In this document: in pieces, positions 42,691-56,851 of the stretch
How the letters are laid out: the number at the start of each line of letters is the position of its first letter
How positions within the stretch are numbered: the first letter of the stretch is position 1
Origin: Chrysomallon squamiferum
Taxonomy: Eukaryota > Animalia > Mollusca
Assembly: GCA_012295275.1 (NCBI GenBank)
Contig: CM022672.1
Location: 22,568,001-22,632,000 of the forward strand
Length of the DNA: 64,000 nt
Reading direction: 5' to 3'
Program-made: the position numbers and the translations under genes
The notes under the pieces: generated by a model
The model's input: the letters and a program-made list of their open reading frames with translations, nothing else
Told to the model about the DNA's origin: nothing
The model's database searches: none

Positions 42691-45600
42691 TATTTATCTC
42701 CCTGTCTATCTAGCTATATGGAATTGGTATCTATATGTAGATAGATAGATATAGATTATAGATATATATATAGATATATAATTTTGCCTGAACAAATTAT
42801 AGCAGTTTATTATTAAAAATAAAATACATTTGAAATAAATGTATGACTTGAGAGTGGTAGAAAATATTTCATTTCAAAACTGACGGGTATTGGAACTGTT
42901 TTGAAAGTGCCTTCATAGGAGCTGCATATGTCCAAACATTTTATAATTTTTGTTTTAATTTTCATCGGGTTTAGCTGATTTTATTGATTTTTATATTGAC
43001 TCTTACATTCTTCTAGACACAATTATTAGACATTTTGCTACGATCTCATTTTTTGTACTTCATATGTTAATATCTTTACATTGATGCACTTTTATTGTTA
43101 GAGATTGTGTATTAAAAACTGTTCTTATTAACCTCCATTTAATGACATGTTTTTCAGAACTGAAGGCATTGAATGTATTTCATTTATTATTTTTATTTTT
43201 ATTTTCTGTAGTTACTAGATTGTTAGTTATTCTAGGAAACAGACAAAAGGAAATAGTATGTGTATTTGAATTCGTATTAGTATTGCTGGAATGTAGAATG
43301 TATTTAAAAAATGGTTATAGTAGTTTTTTTCTGTACTTTGATTAATTTTAGTTGTCGTTTTTAATTTTTAATTTTTAATTTATTTGGAAGAGGTAAATTG
43401 TTCATAATGTAGTCAATGAATTAAACCTATTAATAAATTAAATTTACTGTATTCAAATTTAAAATTAATTTCTGTTTTTAAGAAAAATATTATAATACAT
43501 AACCCTGCCAAATGTATTTTGTTCCACTGGATTTTTTAATGATGTAACAAACTTCCTGCTAAAAATAAATCATTTAACTGTAATTAGTATTTCAGAATAA
43601 ACTTTTTCTAAGAACAACAGATTTATCATTCTTGTTCAGCATAATATTCTTGTTATTGTGACCACTCTCAAAACATATCAATAATAACACACAAACACAC
43701 ATGCAATACGATCATCTTATTATTATTAGCAAAGATTGATTGCTAGTAGCAATTTAAGTAATTGCATAAATTATATTGTATATAGGCTGAGTTTTGTTTG
43801 GTAGTGCTAAAGATAAATGTTAAAAAATAAAAATAAAATGCAAAATTCATGTTTCCATAATTTAATTAGCTTAATTTAGAAGTTTTATTGTTGTACCTAG
43901 TCTTATGTTGTTGTTTTTTTTAAATTATCTTTTGCATTTTATCTGTTTGTGTTAACCTTGTGATTATGTTGTTACATCTGTTTTATTTTTTCATATTTTG
44001 GACATTTCTTTCCATGTGTATATAGAATCTGTGACAATAACTAGTCTTATTATTATATATTTTTGTTTTGTTTTATGTAATATTCTTTAATAATAACCAT
44101 GCATGTTGTATTAAGCAGAAGAAATTTTTATAAATATTTACATTATTATGAATTATTCATTATTATTCACTTATGAAAGAATTATTATAAATCTTTTTTA
44201 AGTTTTATTGTTACTTGTGCAAATTAACAAGTAGATTGTAACAATTATGCAGTCTGGGTGTCTGTTGGTCTGGTATGCTATTGTCATTAGCTAAATTTTA
44301 ATTTTACAAATGTAAACATAATAAAGGAAAAAACAGGTAACAATAACAAAAAAAAATTACTATTAGCAAATAATTACTGTTAAGCAAATAGTGCCTCTAT
44401 AGTTGCCCTTATCATAAAGCCTCAAGCACATAATTATTATGGAGCTTGATTATTGACACAAGTTAATATAGTAGCTGCAAGCCTTTCATTGTGACAGGCC
44501 TTGGCTACCTCTTTACATAAATACATTCTTAAACAGGACCTCACAGTTTGGGGTCTCATCATGTCTAAACCAAGCTTTTGATACACAAACTTTATATTTT
44601 ATTTTATGTATATATATTTTTTTATATATTCCATTTGACCATTGGAGTCTGTCAGTATGAAGAGGCCTTGGTTCCCTTGTTACATAAATATAGCCTTTTC
44701 TCCATTTGTCAAAAACTTTGTTCTTTTTTATCATTCCTTATCTATACAGCTTTCACTTAACAGTGATTTTATTCGTTTATTTATTTACTAAAATAAAATG
44801 CCTTCATATGAGAAGAGTTTTACCGAAGTGCCTGAATGTGATGTACCTGAATTCATGTTCCTAGACTCAAAATGTTCTTGTGGAATTTTTCTTTTAAGCT
44901 TTATTCATTGTTGAATTAAATATTATTGAAAAATATGTAATTTTGTACATAATATTCAGCACATAAATAATTCCAGACTCATTCTTTTTTTCTTTTTTTA
45001 CAAATTTAGTAGATCTGTATATATTTTTGAGGCAGCTTGCTATTAACTAAAAGATTTTAGAATCATATAGTTAAGGAAATTTTATATCAAGTTATAAATT
45101 TTAATCTTCTGAGCTTATAAAATATTTCATAAAGAAATTAGTATTTTGCATAACGAAAGATGCTAAAAATATATATAAAAGAAAGTTTCAGCCAGCATAA
45201 TAGTAAAAATATATCTGTGATAAAGCATATGTGATATTTAATTATTTTTGGCAATTTTGGCAGATTTAATACTTTATTTAATCTTATGTTCAGCAGTATA
45301 GATGGAAAGGCTATTGTAAATTTGATTTAGTTACCTGTTGCAGAAATACCAGCTCTAGCATAACAATAGAGTAAAGTTTAAGTAAGGAATGACTGGACTA
45401 AATTATTAACAGTTTTATGGGTCAGATTCATACAGTTACTTTCTATTGCCATTTATGAACAAAAAGAACTTTAATGTGTATCTGTGATCCTACAAATAAA
45501 TAGTTTAATAAAATTCTTTATGCTTCTTTGTTGTTTTTGTATTGTTTTTGAGTGACATTTGATCACTGATGGCTAAGAATGACAACAGATCATCAGAATG

Positions 45601-46493
45601 TTGCCATTTTATCTCTTTGCAGCTGATGTTGCGATGTAACTGTGAATGTGACATATCAAGAATGGCATTTTTTTTTTTTTTTTTTTTAATAGTAAAAGAA
45701 ACGTTGAAGCAAATTAATCTGCCCTGTATCATCACACAACCACATAATCAAGATGATGCCCAGATATTTTTAAACTGTAATTTTTTGTTATTTACTTCAT
45801 TAATTAAGGCTGGACAAAACTTCTTGCATGCAGAATATATTTGGACTGTTTCTGCATATTCAAAATATTTATTATTGTTTTATTGCAGATGTTACAAATT
45901 GATTCAAAAGAATATTGCAGAACAAATGGTTGTGATTGAACAGTGAAGTATCACAATGGACCTATTGTAATGGTTGAGTAGCAACACTAAATATTGTGAT
46001 GATTATGTACACATTGTAATTGTTAGCATTCCTGTTCAGTCCAGACACTTAGTGTGTATGTTTTGTCCTTTTGATGTTGTCTTTTCAAAATACTCACATT
46101 TCTGATTCCTCTATTAGGTTTTAGTTACGGATGTCTTTCTTTTATTTTATGGAGGGGAGATATTTGATAACAATTTCAAAGCAGATTAAATTTTCTAATT
46201 TTTCAGTTTAATTTAAATAAAATAGTTCAAGGTATTTTAGGTTTGTAACATTTAAACATTTGTTTCATACATTTGATGTTCTACATTAACATAAACAAAT
46301 AAAAGATTTTCATCATTTTTACTTACTTTTTATTTATTTTTAATTTTTTGCTGTATATTTAAATAAAATTTAATTAATGCATTTGATATTGCATATTAAA
46401 GAAATGAATACACCAATGTCTTCTTTTGCAAAGATCTTGTATGTGTGTGTGTTTGTGTGCATGTGTGTGTGTGTATGTGTGTGTGTTTGTGTG

Positions 46494-46540
<47 letters not shown>

Positions 46541-46630
46541 ATTATATATATGTATTTGTATCTACAAAAGTGCTTATAAACTTTCTAGCTGGAAATCAAC
46601 AACAGTATCTCACAGAATTTCTTCTTTCAT

Positions 46631-46925
46631 GGATGGGATATTGCTAAGAGGTTAGAGCACAAAGCTGAAGCATAGAATGGCTGCAGGATCAATCCATCTT
46701 GGTATCTCCTTGCACTATTTTCTTTTCAAGCAAAGTGCCATTCAATTACCTAGTCTAAGACCATGGTATAGGAATCTTTTCCCCCCGTTTCCATGGGAAG
46801 GAACATATAACAAATCCCTTGTGCTAATAAAAAAAAAGAAGATTAACTGATTGGACAGTACTAACTAATTTCCTGTCTCTGTGGTTCTTAACTGTATGAA
46901 GGACACATATATTTCTAAATATCAG
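46631..46925 (+). mobile_element. Decayed tRNA-derived SINE, followed by partial tandem copies of its 3' part (to ~47190)
   Basis: Degenerate A-box (TATTGCTAAGAGGTTAGAGC, ~46639) and B-box (GGATCAATCC, 46686-46695). The body motif GGGAAGG..CATA...AA.ATCC(C)TTG(C)TGCTAA recurs at 21255-21300. Confidence 0.55.
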
Positions 46926-48004
46926 ATACTATAATATATAATAAGCAGCAGTCCATTCCTGCTAATGAAAAAGGAATAATCAGTGCATACAACCAGGAGT
47001 TTTCCTCTATTGTTTTTAAACATATGAAGGACACCATATAATTTGTAAATATCAGATACTGTAATATATAATAAGCAAGACCACTGCTGTTAAAAAAAAA
47101 AAAAAAAGGAGTAATCACTGCATAGCAGGTTTACTCTCTATCTACTGCAGTGATTTTAAAACATGAATGATATCATGTGATACAGTATAATATAATAATA
47201 TATTAAATAACAGACACAGCAGTGTAATAAATAATAAACCACAAAATAAATGCTGATCATAATTTTATTCTTTACTCAAGAAGCTGTATCAAATAATAAA
47301 CAGTTTTCAGGAAATGATTTGCACGATTTAAGGACATTCACCCTATCATTAACTTTAACAATGATCACCAAGTTATAATTGTGTAATAATAATGATTTAG
47401 AATCATATATGCTTACACACAAACATATATATACATGTAGATATATATGTATAGATAACAACAGTTACGTCATAATAAAAGGCATTAAATATACACATTT
47501 ACACTGATATTAAAAGCTGTAAAATACAATTCTTTTTTTAATTTTTGTTTATGCATTTTTAAATTAAATTGAAATCACACTGTTATTAAAGCTGTTTTGT
47601 TCCATTCAGATTTGAATAATAATTATGAAACGAATAGCGTTCATGTGTTATTATAGCCACACATAATTATACTTACATGACAACTGAATGTACACTTTTA
47701 CATAGGCTATAATCACAGAAAATGGAGCATAACTGAACAAAATATATCAAAATCAAAATATAAATTGAAAGAGAATTTAAAATCACACCGCAGTGAAATA
47801 AATAAAATCTATATTAACTGAATTTATTTTCTCATTAACACTTTCCATCATCTATCCAGCACTGAACTAAAATGACAGAATTTGCTATTAAAAAGTTAGA
47901 GCTATACATTATGTGAAACAAATATTTTTTTTTTACCCATTCTTTTTATTTGAAATTACCAAATTTTATTACAATTATTTGGCCTGTGCAGATATAAAAG
48001 CTAT

Positions 48005-48045
<41 letters not shown>

Positions 48046-48083
48046 TTTTTTCTTTTTACATTTTGCAAGGAATTTGTTAATTT

Positions 48084-48489
48084 TTATTTATTGGATTTGC
48101 TGCCTTTCTTCTTCTTTGGTTTCAGAAATTCCCACGCTCTACGTTTGATTATTTCTCTGGTCAACACACCCTCATTGTCCATATCATGGTCAAACATATA
48201 CTCATCTTCCTGCTCCTCATCTTGAAAACTGATCCTTACATTATCATAGGGCAGTATTTGATCAATGTAATTTCGAATAAGCTGGAATGAATATTAAGAT
48301 GAAATGAAATTACAGAGTAAGATAAGAACAATATATTAGTGACATTCATTGTTGTCAGCACAGTAATCCAATCATTTATTCCACTTCCAGAAAACTGGCT
48401 TCAGAAGGGGGTTTGTATGTGTATGTGTGTGTGTGTATCTATATATAGTTTTATACACAAAATTATTATCATTTATATCTGTGTGTGTA

Positions 48490-48525
<36 letters not shown>

Positions 48526-48618
48526 AAACAGTTTCATTCTTTAAGTTTCATTGTCTATTTGGTATTTTACTGTTACTACTACTTTTACTAATATTATTTC
48601 TGTTATTATTACTACAAC

Positions 48619-48664
<46 letters not shown>

Positions 48665-51462
48665 TGACAGCTAGATAATATTAACCATATATAAGAAGAA
48701 TTAAGATAAACATAAACACTTCAGAACATAAAATTTACTAACAAATATAAACACAATAAAAGGAAAAAAAAAAACAAAATGAGGAACAAAAAAATACAAT
48801 TATTATTTTTTGGACCAGTTCTTCCTAAACAATATCAGTGTTATTCACCCTTGAGACAAAATTTCACTGACTTGTAAAATACTTTCATCCACCCTTGGGT
48901 GAACTATTCAACAATTATTTAGGAATTGTAGTTATTAAGACAAAATGAATAAAAGGACATGTGTGTGTGTGTGTGTGTGTGTGTGTACATATATTTCTTT
49001 TTTGACAGAGTATTTACTGACTTGCAAAATGATTTCATTCACCCTTCAGTGATCCATTCACCAGTTTAAGAACAATCTTATAGACAATTATGAATCAACA
49101 GACACTCTCATGAAAAAAAATTAAAAGAAAAAAATGTTATGTGTCTAAACAGATATTTACTGTTTTACTGTCAAACCGTTTCAGAGCTGCTTGTTTTGCT
49201 TTTTCTGCATCCATCGTATGCAACAGAGCATCTATTTTCTTCTCACAGATTGAAAGATTTTCTACCAGGTTATCCTTTTTGAAGAACAAGGGCTGAAATG
49301 ATAAATATTAATGTTTTTTCTTCTTCTTCTTCTTCTTCTTATTATTATTATTTTTTTTTATAAATATCACTGAGAGCCTGTGTGCTTAAAGTGTAAATGC
49401 CAAAAACTTTAATTAACATAATTTATTTTGATAACCTTTTGTTTATCACTTTTATAACAATTGATTTACTTTGCCAGTATTAATGGTACGAATAATATGC
49501 AATAGTGAATACTAGAATAGAAAGAAAATTTATCTCAGTATCTTCACATTATCATAGATGTCCATCAGTTTCATTTGTTAATTCAAAGTTTCATCTTCAG
49601 TGATGCTGCTGTTTATATCATTATTATCTGATTATAAGAAAAAAGAAAACTCCAAAATCCTACCTTACTCATCTTGAATTCCTCCAGTTTATCACAAGTC
49701 TACCATTTCCATTAGTTAATTCAGTTTTCTGGTTTGACTTTTTTGGTTTGACCAATACTGATGGTGTTATTATTACTAATATCATTATTATTTGAATCTA
49801 TCAAATAAAAAAGAAAACTAAGAAATCTCGACTTACCTGACTTATCTTGATGTCCTTCAGCTTATCACAGAGTCCATCAATTCCATTAGTTAATTCAGTT
49901 TTCAGTTTGGACTTTTGTTTGAGCAATGTCTCAGCTGCCATCTTCCGCTCCTGTTCACCCTTGACAAACTCCTCCATCTCCTCCACCATTTTATGAGCTC
50001 TATCAAATAAAAAATGGGCAAAGCTGAGTTTAGAGATAACATCACCGAAAGGCCAAGAAGCCTCACACAGATAACACTGGACAGAGTCATAACCAAATTT
50101 ATTTTTTATTACATTTTAAATGAGAATAAAAATATATACCGTATATACTTGTGTATAAGTTGAATTTTTGGGAGACTATATTAAGGTAATATTTTGGGGG
50201 TTGACTTATAAATAGGTAATGCTTTTGTAGCTGTTGCTGAAGAGTTGCCATTTTGACTATTTTTTGCTATGGGATGCATCTAAAATAATCATGGTCTTTC
50301 AGCTTTTCAAAAATATAATTTTATCGTATAAAATTTTTTGAAAAATTAAATAACAAAACCAAATATGAATGTAAAACATGATATTCTTCCGTTTAATGGC
50401 ATAAAAATACATTTTAAAGTGAGAAAACCGTCAGTACAGGTGTTATGCCCTATGGCGTCTTGCAATGATTTAGGCTATAGCTCATGTAATACATGCATTT
50501 ACGTTATTATGGCATGTTTGTGCAAGTTACAGCTCATGCAAGTTATGTTACAGTAGGCGTACAATGTAGGTCTTCATGGCACTGTCACACTGGTCTAAAA
50601 ATAGTGATGGTGCCTGGAATCTACAGTCGACTTATACACAAATAATACCTAAAATGATGCAATTTTTGGTCTTAAAATTCACATCGACTTATACATAAGG
50701 TCGCCTTGTACACAAGTATATACGGTACTTTTTTTTAGTAAGTACTTAAAATTTACAAGAAACTGTGTAGGCTCAACAGAATACACATGTAATCATATTT
50801 ATGGTTAAGTATTTAAAAGTAAAAAATGTCAGAATAACAATATTAAATTTTAAGTCATGCTGATGTTTATTTTTTAATGGCTCAGTGGTTAGACTTGTGG
50901 TTTCAGATATGATGTGTCACAAATTCATTGACCCATTTATGTGATAACCTTACAACTAAAGAAAAATGGTGTCTGGATTTTTTAAACTTTATTCGTTGTA
51001 CTTCATTAATAATTAAGGTTCAACAGACAAAATAAACAAACAAATAAAACATAACTTGGGTTGATTATACTAGTCCAGTCAGTTGGGACATAAGCTGGTA
51101 ATAAGTAAGGAACTCTCTGTAAATAGATTATGCTTAGACCAGTGTGCAATGGGATGCACACTCTGGAAAAATATAGGGGTCACAGTTTCCATAGGATGCA
51201 TGAACAACAAATTTTTCGGAACCCGTTAATGACCAAGAAGAACCCACTGATTTAGACTATTCCTTTGTATATTTTACATTATTTACAAACTCACTGGCTT
51301 TGGGCATAATCAGAGGTGAACTTGAGATGCTCGACCTTGCTGATTTCCTTGTCAAGCTCGCCGTGCAGTTCTGCAATTCTCAAAATGATGTCATCTTTCA
51401 CTGCCAGTAATCTGTTTCTGATCAACTCCTGCTTTACCACATGAGATACTAAATCCTGAAAT

Positions 51463-51500
<38 letters not shown>

Positions 51501-54500
51501 AAAAAAATTTAAAAAAATTAATAATAAAATTAAAAATTAAAAATAAAAGTTTATATGTATGTTTACTCACATACACACACACACAAGAACAAATACATAT
51601 ATATTATATATATAAGTATGCATGTGTGTAAAATATATATATATTTTTGTGTGTGTGTGAATGTTTAAAATCAATGATATAACTACCTTAACATCTGACA
51701 CATCAATGAAGGTTTTCATGAAGTCAAAGTCATCTTCCAGAAAAATCATTTTCTCCTTCAGGCTAAAATAGGAGTCTGAAGAATTTTCACCTAGAATAAT
51801 CAGTTTAAAAAATTATCCTAGGCAGATCTCAAAACATTCACAGACAATATGCTCAGTACAGTAAAAGGTAATTTTAGGCCTATGTATATAATAACAATAT
51901 TCTTCTAAACTATGACTTACAATTGCAATAGTGTAAATACAATATGGAGAATTACCAAAATATATAATTTAAACCTATACACTGAGATGTTTTTTTTTTT
52001 ACCTTCAGTAAATAATTTTGAACAGCAGAATGCTTATTCAAATTGTATGGTTCTCAGATTAACATGGTTTATGAACTGACAACAGTTTGCAAATAACATG
52101 AAATGAATTGTTGATTAGAATGGTAATATTTTCAAACTTCACACTGAACATTGTTCAGCAGCCCTCAAATAAAAGTGTTCATTTCTGCTGACCCATTTAT
52201 AGATTACAATCAAATAATGATTTTGTGATTTACAGGTTACCATAGATTTATAAATATTGTATGGATATGGTCATCATAAAAAAAAAAAAACCAAATGTTT
52301 GTTGGACAGGCCTAAAAAACAGATGCGTTAAAAATACACAGGATCTTTGGTGGAATGTCATATGAGAAAATGAAACTGCTTGACAGTGAACATATTCTCC
52401 TTTATTATTATATTACTTTGTAATAAGGTAAAAAAAAAAAAAAAAAAAAAAAATCCACTCCAGCAAAATCCCCTTCAAAACCCCCACCACCACCAAAAGA
52501 CAAACTTAGTCAAGTATTAATAGAGATCTTGCATTTTGCATTTTTTATATTTTACTCTGTTCATTTAGCTCAGTTTCAATAAACATGGGCATTTTCACAA
52601 ACAAAATAGCTAGGTTCATGAAGATTTTTGCTGTGTATATTGTAAATACTGTAGATAGTTAATTCAATGGAATAATAGGGACAAATGGGTGTCCACTGAT
52701 TTTTATGTATCTGAAGATCCTTTGGCCTGGTCAGTAGTGATAGCCAAACATGTACTGGCATTTTACAAGTCTAAAATTTCAAACTCACTGTTACTGTCTT
52801 CAATTTCTTTTTTCAATCGTGTTGCCTGTTGAAAAAAGAAGAAAGAGGATAAAGTAAAAAGAAATTATATTATTTAATTATAATATTGAGAAGTCAGTTT
52901 ATTTTCATTAAATATATGAAATATTGTAAAAAGAAATTTAATTATGTTAGCTAGGATTAAATATGCATTATTTATATGTGTGTCTGTGTTAGTGTGTGTT
53001 TGTATCTGTGTTTGTGTGTATGTGTGTGTGTAAGTGTTTGTTGCACAGTTCAGTAGTGGAGCATTTAGATGTTTAATTATAGACATATGAACAGTTGAGT
53101 TTAGCTCAGTAGTTAGAGCATTGTCATGGGTCATGATGGGGGGGGGGCGTAATATTGAAGATAACAGCATTTTTATCTGCATTCAGATGCATGAAATTTA
53201 ATTTCCAAATTAGAACAAGAAAGTGTATAACTGCTCACTGTTTCCATATTTCACACAGTTGTGACTATTAATATTTATTTTAAGAATGTTTATCTCCTAA
53301 TACTAAAATGAATACATATCTATGTATAATCAATAACACTGGTATAACAACATTCTTAGTGTCTCTGACTTTCTAGGATAACCTGTGAACCAATGACTGA
53401 CACGAAACTGACCTCATATGCATTAACTCTCCTTGTAATGTTATCTAATGTGTCCATCTGTTTTTCAGCTTCTCTTTTTGCCATGAATAGCTGCTTCTCA
53501 CGGATTTTCTTTGCTTGGATGATTTGCCGTTCTTTTTCATATAAACCTTTCTGTGACAACAAAATTGTGCAATTGGAGAGCAAGGTTGAGAAGGAAAGTC
53601 AGAGAGAGAAATATATATATATATATATTTATATAGATAGATAGATAGAGAAAAAGAGAAAAAGGGCTGGAAAGAAAGAGAGGGGAAAAAGAATGTATTG
53701 AAAAAATAAAACAGAGGACTTTTAAATGACAGAATTATATATTTAGGAACTGTCAGGGAAGAAAAAAAAATTGGCTGAGGAAGGTAAATGTAGAAATTAT
53801 TTTTGACATTGTTAGTTACTGAGATAAAAGAAATACTATAGTTTATCTTGAACTGATGTTAATTAATTTCAACAAATACCCCTTCAGTTGATGTTTCCAT
53901 GTTTCCAAGATTAACAGAAAATGAGAAACAATGGATATATATATTAAAATTACAAAATAATAATAATAATAATAATCTTTCATCAAATAAAAAAAAAAAA
54001 AAAAAAAAAAAATGTTTTTAATATATTTTTTAGGAATAAAGCCTACATTAAATGTTTGCTATTCTAGCTATCTATCTCCCATTTGGTTTTTTATAAACAA
54101 AACAAGTAGATAAAATAAACTCAAAAACTGATATTACAGTAATTTTCTGGTAACTATTCAAAGCTTTGTTCTTCATCTCTGTTGCCTCCAACAATGATTT
54201 CTCTGATTCTTTTAGTTCTTGTTCCATTTTACCCAACTTGGTTGGATATGCATGGCACTCCTGAAATTACAATGTGCTTCTTTCCTCAGTCTGAAATAAG
54301 TTAACCATATTCCAGATCCACAAAATTTGTGAACTGATACAGTTGTTTTAGAAATGTTTATCTTCTATATATATTACACTAGGCTGCATTTCACCATATA
54401 ATAGAACATTACACATAATAATAAAATGAATTTGCAATGACAGATTTTTGTATTTCATCTTTGCTTTTGTTTTTCACTAAACATTTCTGAATCTGTATTA

Positions 54501-56851
54501 TTGACTGCTTTTTTTTTTAATTAAATGTTATTACTTTATACATTTTTTGATCCTTATGATATGTCAGCACATTGATCAAATGTACAGCCAAACCTGTTTT
54601 TCTGTAACCTCTGAATGATGGACACCTCTTTATGATGGTCCCCTTTACGCTTTTAGCCACCACTCCATTTTATTACATATTTACACTCATTATAATAACC
54701 ACTTTACCCTCTTCCCTCTCAGTGGCCATCACAGTCAGGTTTGGCTGTACATGTAACCTTGTCTTTGTAAACATTTGTGAGAATCACATTTTGTTTTTCA
54801 CACCAAAAACTTACCACTTTCAGCTGATGCAGGATCGCTTCATATCTCTCTTTTATATTGGTGGCAGCATCATTCTTTACCTTAGATTTATCCAGTTCAT
54901 TTTCAAGCCTTCGGAAAGCCTGAAAAAGTAAATAAGTATCTGTTAACTGTGTTCAGTCAAGAATGTTTGAAATGAAGCTTAACAGTAAGAGGATCAAATT
55001 TAAAAATATTTGACCATCATCATTTTTTAATGTTTTAATGCATACAGAACTGACCACATTGCTCTAAAGCTTGTACAGCTCATGTATGTGAAGACTCTCT
55101 AAAAAAAAGAACCAATGATAATACCCAAATGTTTTTCTAATATTTTTTTCTAGTAATAATGAGTCATCCAAAATAATAAAATAATTTTTTTTAACCATAT
55201 AAAATTATCTGTATCATTATTGGGCCATGATGATTTTGAACAGTATTATTTTACAAAACAAACTGATACTAAGTATGACAGGACATCCAAATTTTTTACA
55301 ACAGTATTATTTTACTGTCACAAACTGATAGTAAGTATGACAGGACATCCAAATGTTTTGTAACATTGAAAGGACATTCAAAAAACATCAAAATAATAAC
55401 CAGGGATCTATAAATCATTCTTTTTTTTTAGTCCAAACACAGATTCACGTTCAAGGTCAATGTATTTAATCCCCTCTACTCACTCTCTTCTGCTCTGTTT
55501 CCAGATCTTTGTACTCCAGTGTGAGGAGCCTGACCAGCGTCTCCTCCAGCTGCTGCAGCTGTTTCTCTCTCGGCGATTCAGCTCATACAGCATCAGATTG
55601 AACTTCTTGTTGGCCTCCCCCACCTTCTGTTCCATGGTGTAGATGACTCGCTGTATTTAACACAATCCAAAGATACACACAATATATACAATAATAATGT
55701 ACAAATTAATAAAATACTTCTCTTAGTACAGTTAATACAACACTTCTCTCTGTAAGTTATACTACACATTAAGGCAAGACAGTTTCACAGAAACAGATCC
55801 TACAGTCACTTCCCATCCGTCCCATCCATTTTCCCATGACTGATTAATCAAATACTCTCTGTCTGTGATAAACAACAACCACATAGTACAACATTACACA
55901 GCTTTACACCATGTTAGCCAAGACTCCAGTACTTTGTATTAAATGTTACTATAGTCGAATTGTAAGAAAATCATGATACTCACATCTAAAGTGCTGTATT
56001 GATTTGACATTTTCTCAACTGGCTTGTCTTGCAAAGCTCTGCGAATAACATGAGCATCACTCTGAAAGAAAGCACTAAAAATGTATACAGTAATAATAAT
56101 AATAATAAAAGTAATAATAAAAATAATAATAACAATGGAAAAAGAAACAATAGTATTAATAGTAACAAAAAAAACCCCAACAACAACAACAATAACAGTA
56201 TTAATAATAACAGTAGTGAAAACAATAAAAGTAATAATATTAAAAATATAATAATAATAATAAAAAAAATAATTATTACATTAATAAATAATTTTCATGT
56301 TTAATTGTATTTTATATAAATATGAAGCATGTTTATCTAATAATAATAATGATGAAGATGAGGATGATAATAATGATAATAATGTTAAAATAAAAATTAG
56401 AACAATAGCAGTCATCATTTCATCACAACATAACAAGTAAAAAAAATAAAATAAATAAAATAAAATAAAATAAAATTGAAAAAAAATTTCTCACATGCAT
56501 CCCTTGGGAGAGAATTTTTCTCTTTTTTTTGTTCTGATCTCTCAAAGTCAGAATTATCTTTTCATTTCTAGTGAGGGCATTTTTTGTCTCTTCAACAAAT
56601 ATCTCTCCATCTCGTTCTGCACAAATATAATTAACAAATAGATAACAATAATAATCATTTTAATAATAATGAGAGAGAGAGAGAGAGTATTTAAATATTT
56701 ATGATTATAGTAATGATTATTATTACTATTACTATTACTATTACTATTGTTATTGTTATTATTATTATTATTATTAATTTTTACCTTTCAGATGGATTTT
56801 CCCTCGCATCTCTTCCAGTTTTTCATCTGCTGGAAGAAAGCTTTCTGGCAT
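48084..56851 (-). CDS. Coiled-coil protein of the CCDC183 / CCDC151 (ODAD3) family, most like CCDC183, ~530 aa; one apparent frameshift
   Basis: Exons (minus): 56851-56785, 56616-56495, 56061-55984, 55650-55484, 54919-54815, 54260-54138, 53550-53413, 52825-52789, 51790-51687, 51455-51295, 49999-49837, 49292-49161, 48281-48084. Motifs RRLENELDKSKVK, AYPTKLGKMEQEL and the C-terminal NVRISFQDEEQEDEYMF...VLTREIIKRRA..KKKK recall this family. Exon 4 is 167 nt between two phase-0 junctions. Confidence 0.75.
49540..49812 (-). pseudogene. Dead duplicated copies (pseudo-exons) of CCDC183-like exon 11
   Basis: 49661-49760 aligns to 49831-49930 (TTCCATTAGTTAATTCAGTTTTC identical), and the acceptor TTTATTTGATAG is also duplicated at ~49798. 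The copy has an immediate TAA and an indel. A fainter third copy lies at ~49540-49590. Confidence 0.75.
50139..50725. mobile_element. Non-autonomous Tc1/mariner-superfamily (Tc2/pogo-like) element, 587 bp
   Basis: TIR CCGTATATACTTGTGTATAAG versus reverse complement CCGTATATACTTGTGTACAAG (20/21), with TA on both flanks (50137-38, 50726-27) and internal GTCGACTTATAC subterminal repeats. Confidence 0.88.
51140..51249. mobile_element. Small hAT (Buster-type) MITE, 110 bp
   Basis: CAGTG...CACTG ends flanked by 8-bp GCTTAGAC / ATTTAGAC (6/8 identical, nnnTAnnn pattern). Confidence 0.55.
54585..54747. mobile_element. pogo/Tigger-like MITE, 163 bp
   Basis: Perfect 12-bp TIR CAGCCAAACCTG / CAGGTTTGGCTG with TA target-site duplication on both sides. 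Confidence 0.8.

Noticed and set aside
44513-44734. Protein-like fragment NKVFDKWRKGYIYVTREPRPLH
   Set aside because: No family recognised and no supporting splice structure; it would need a database search.
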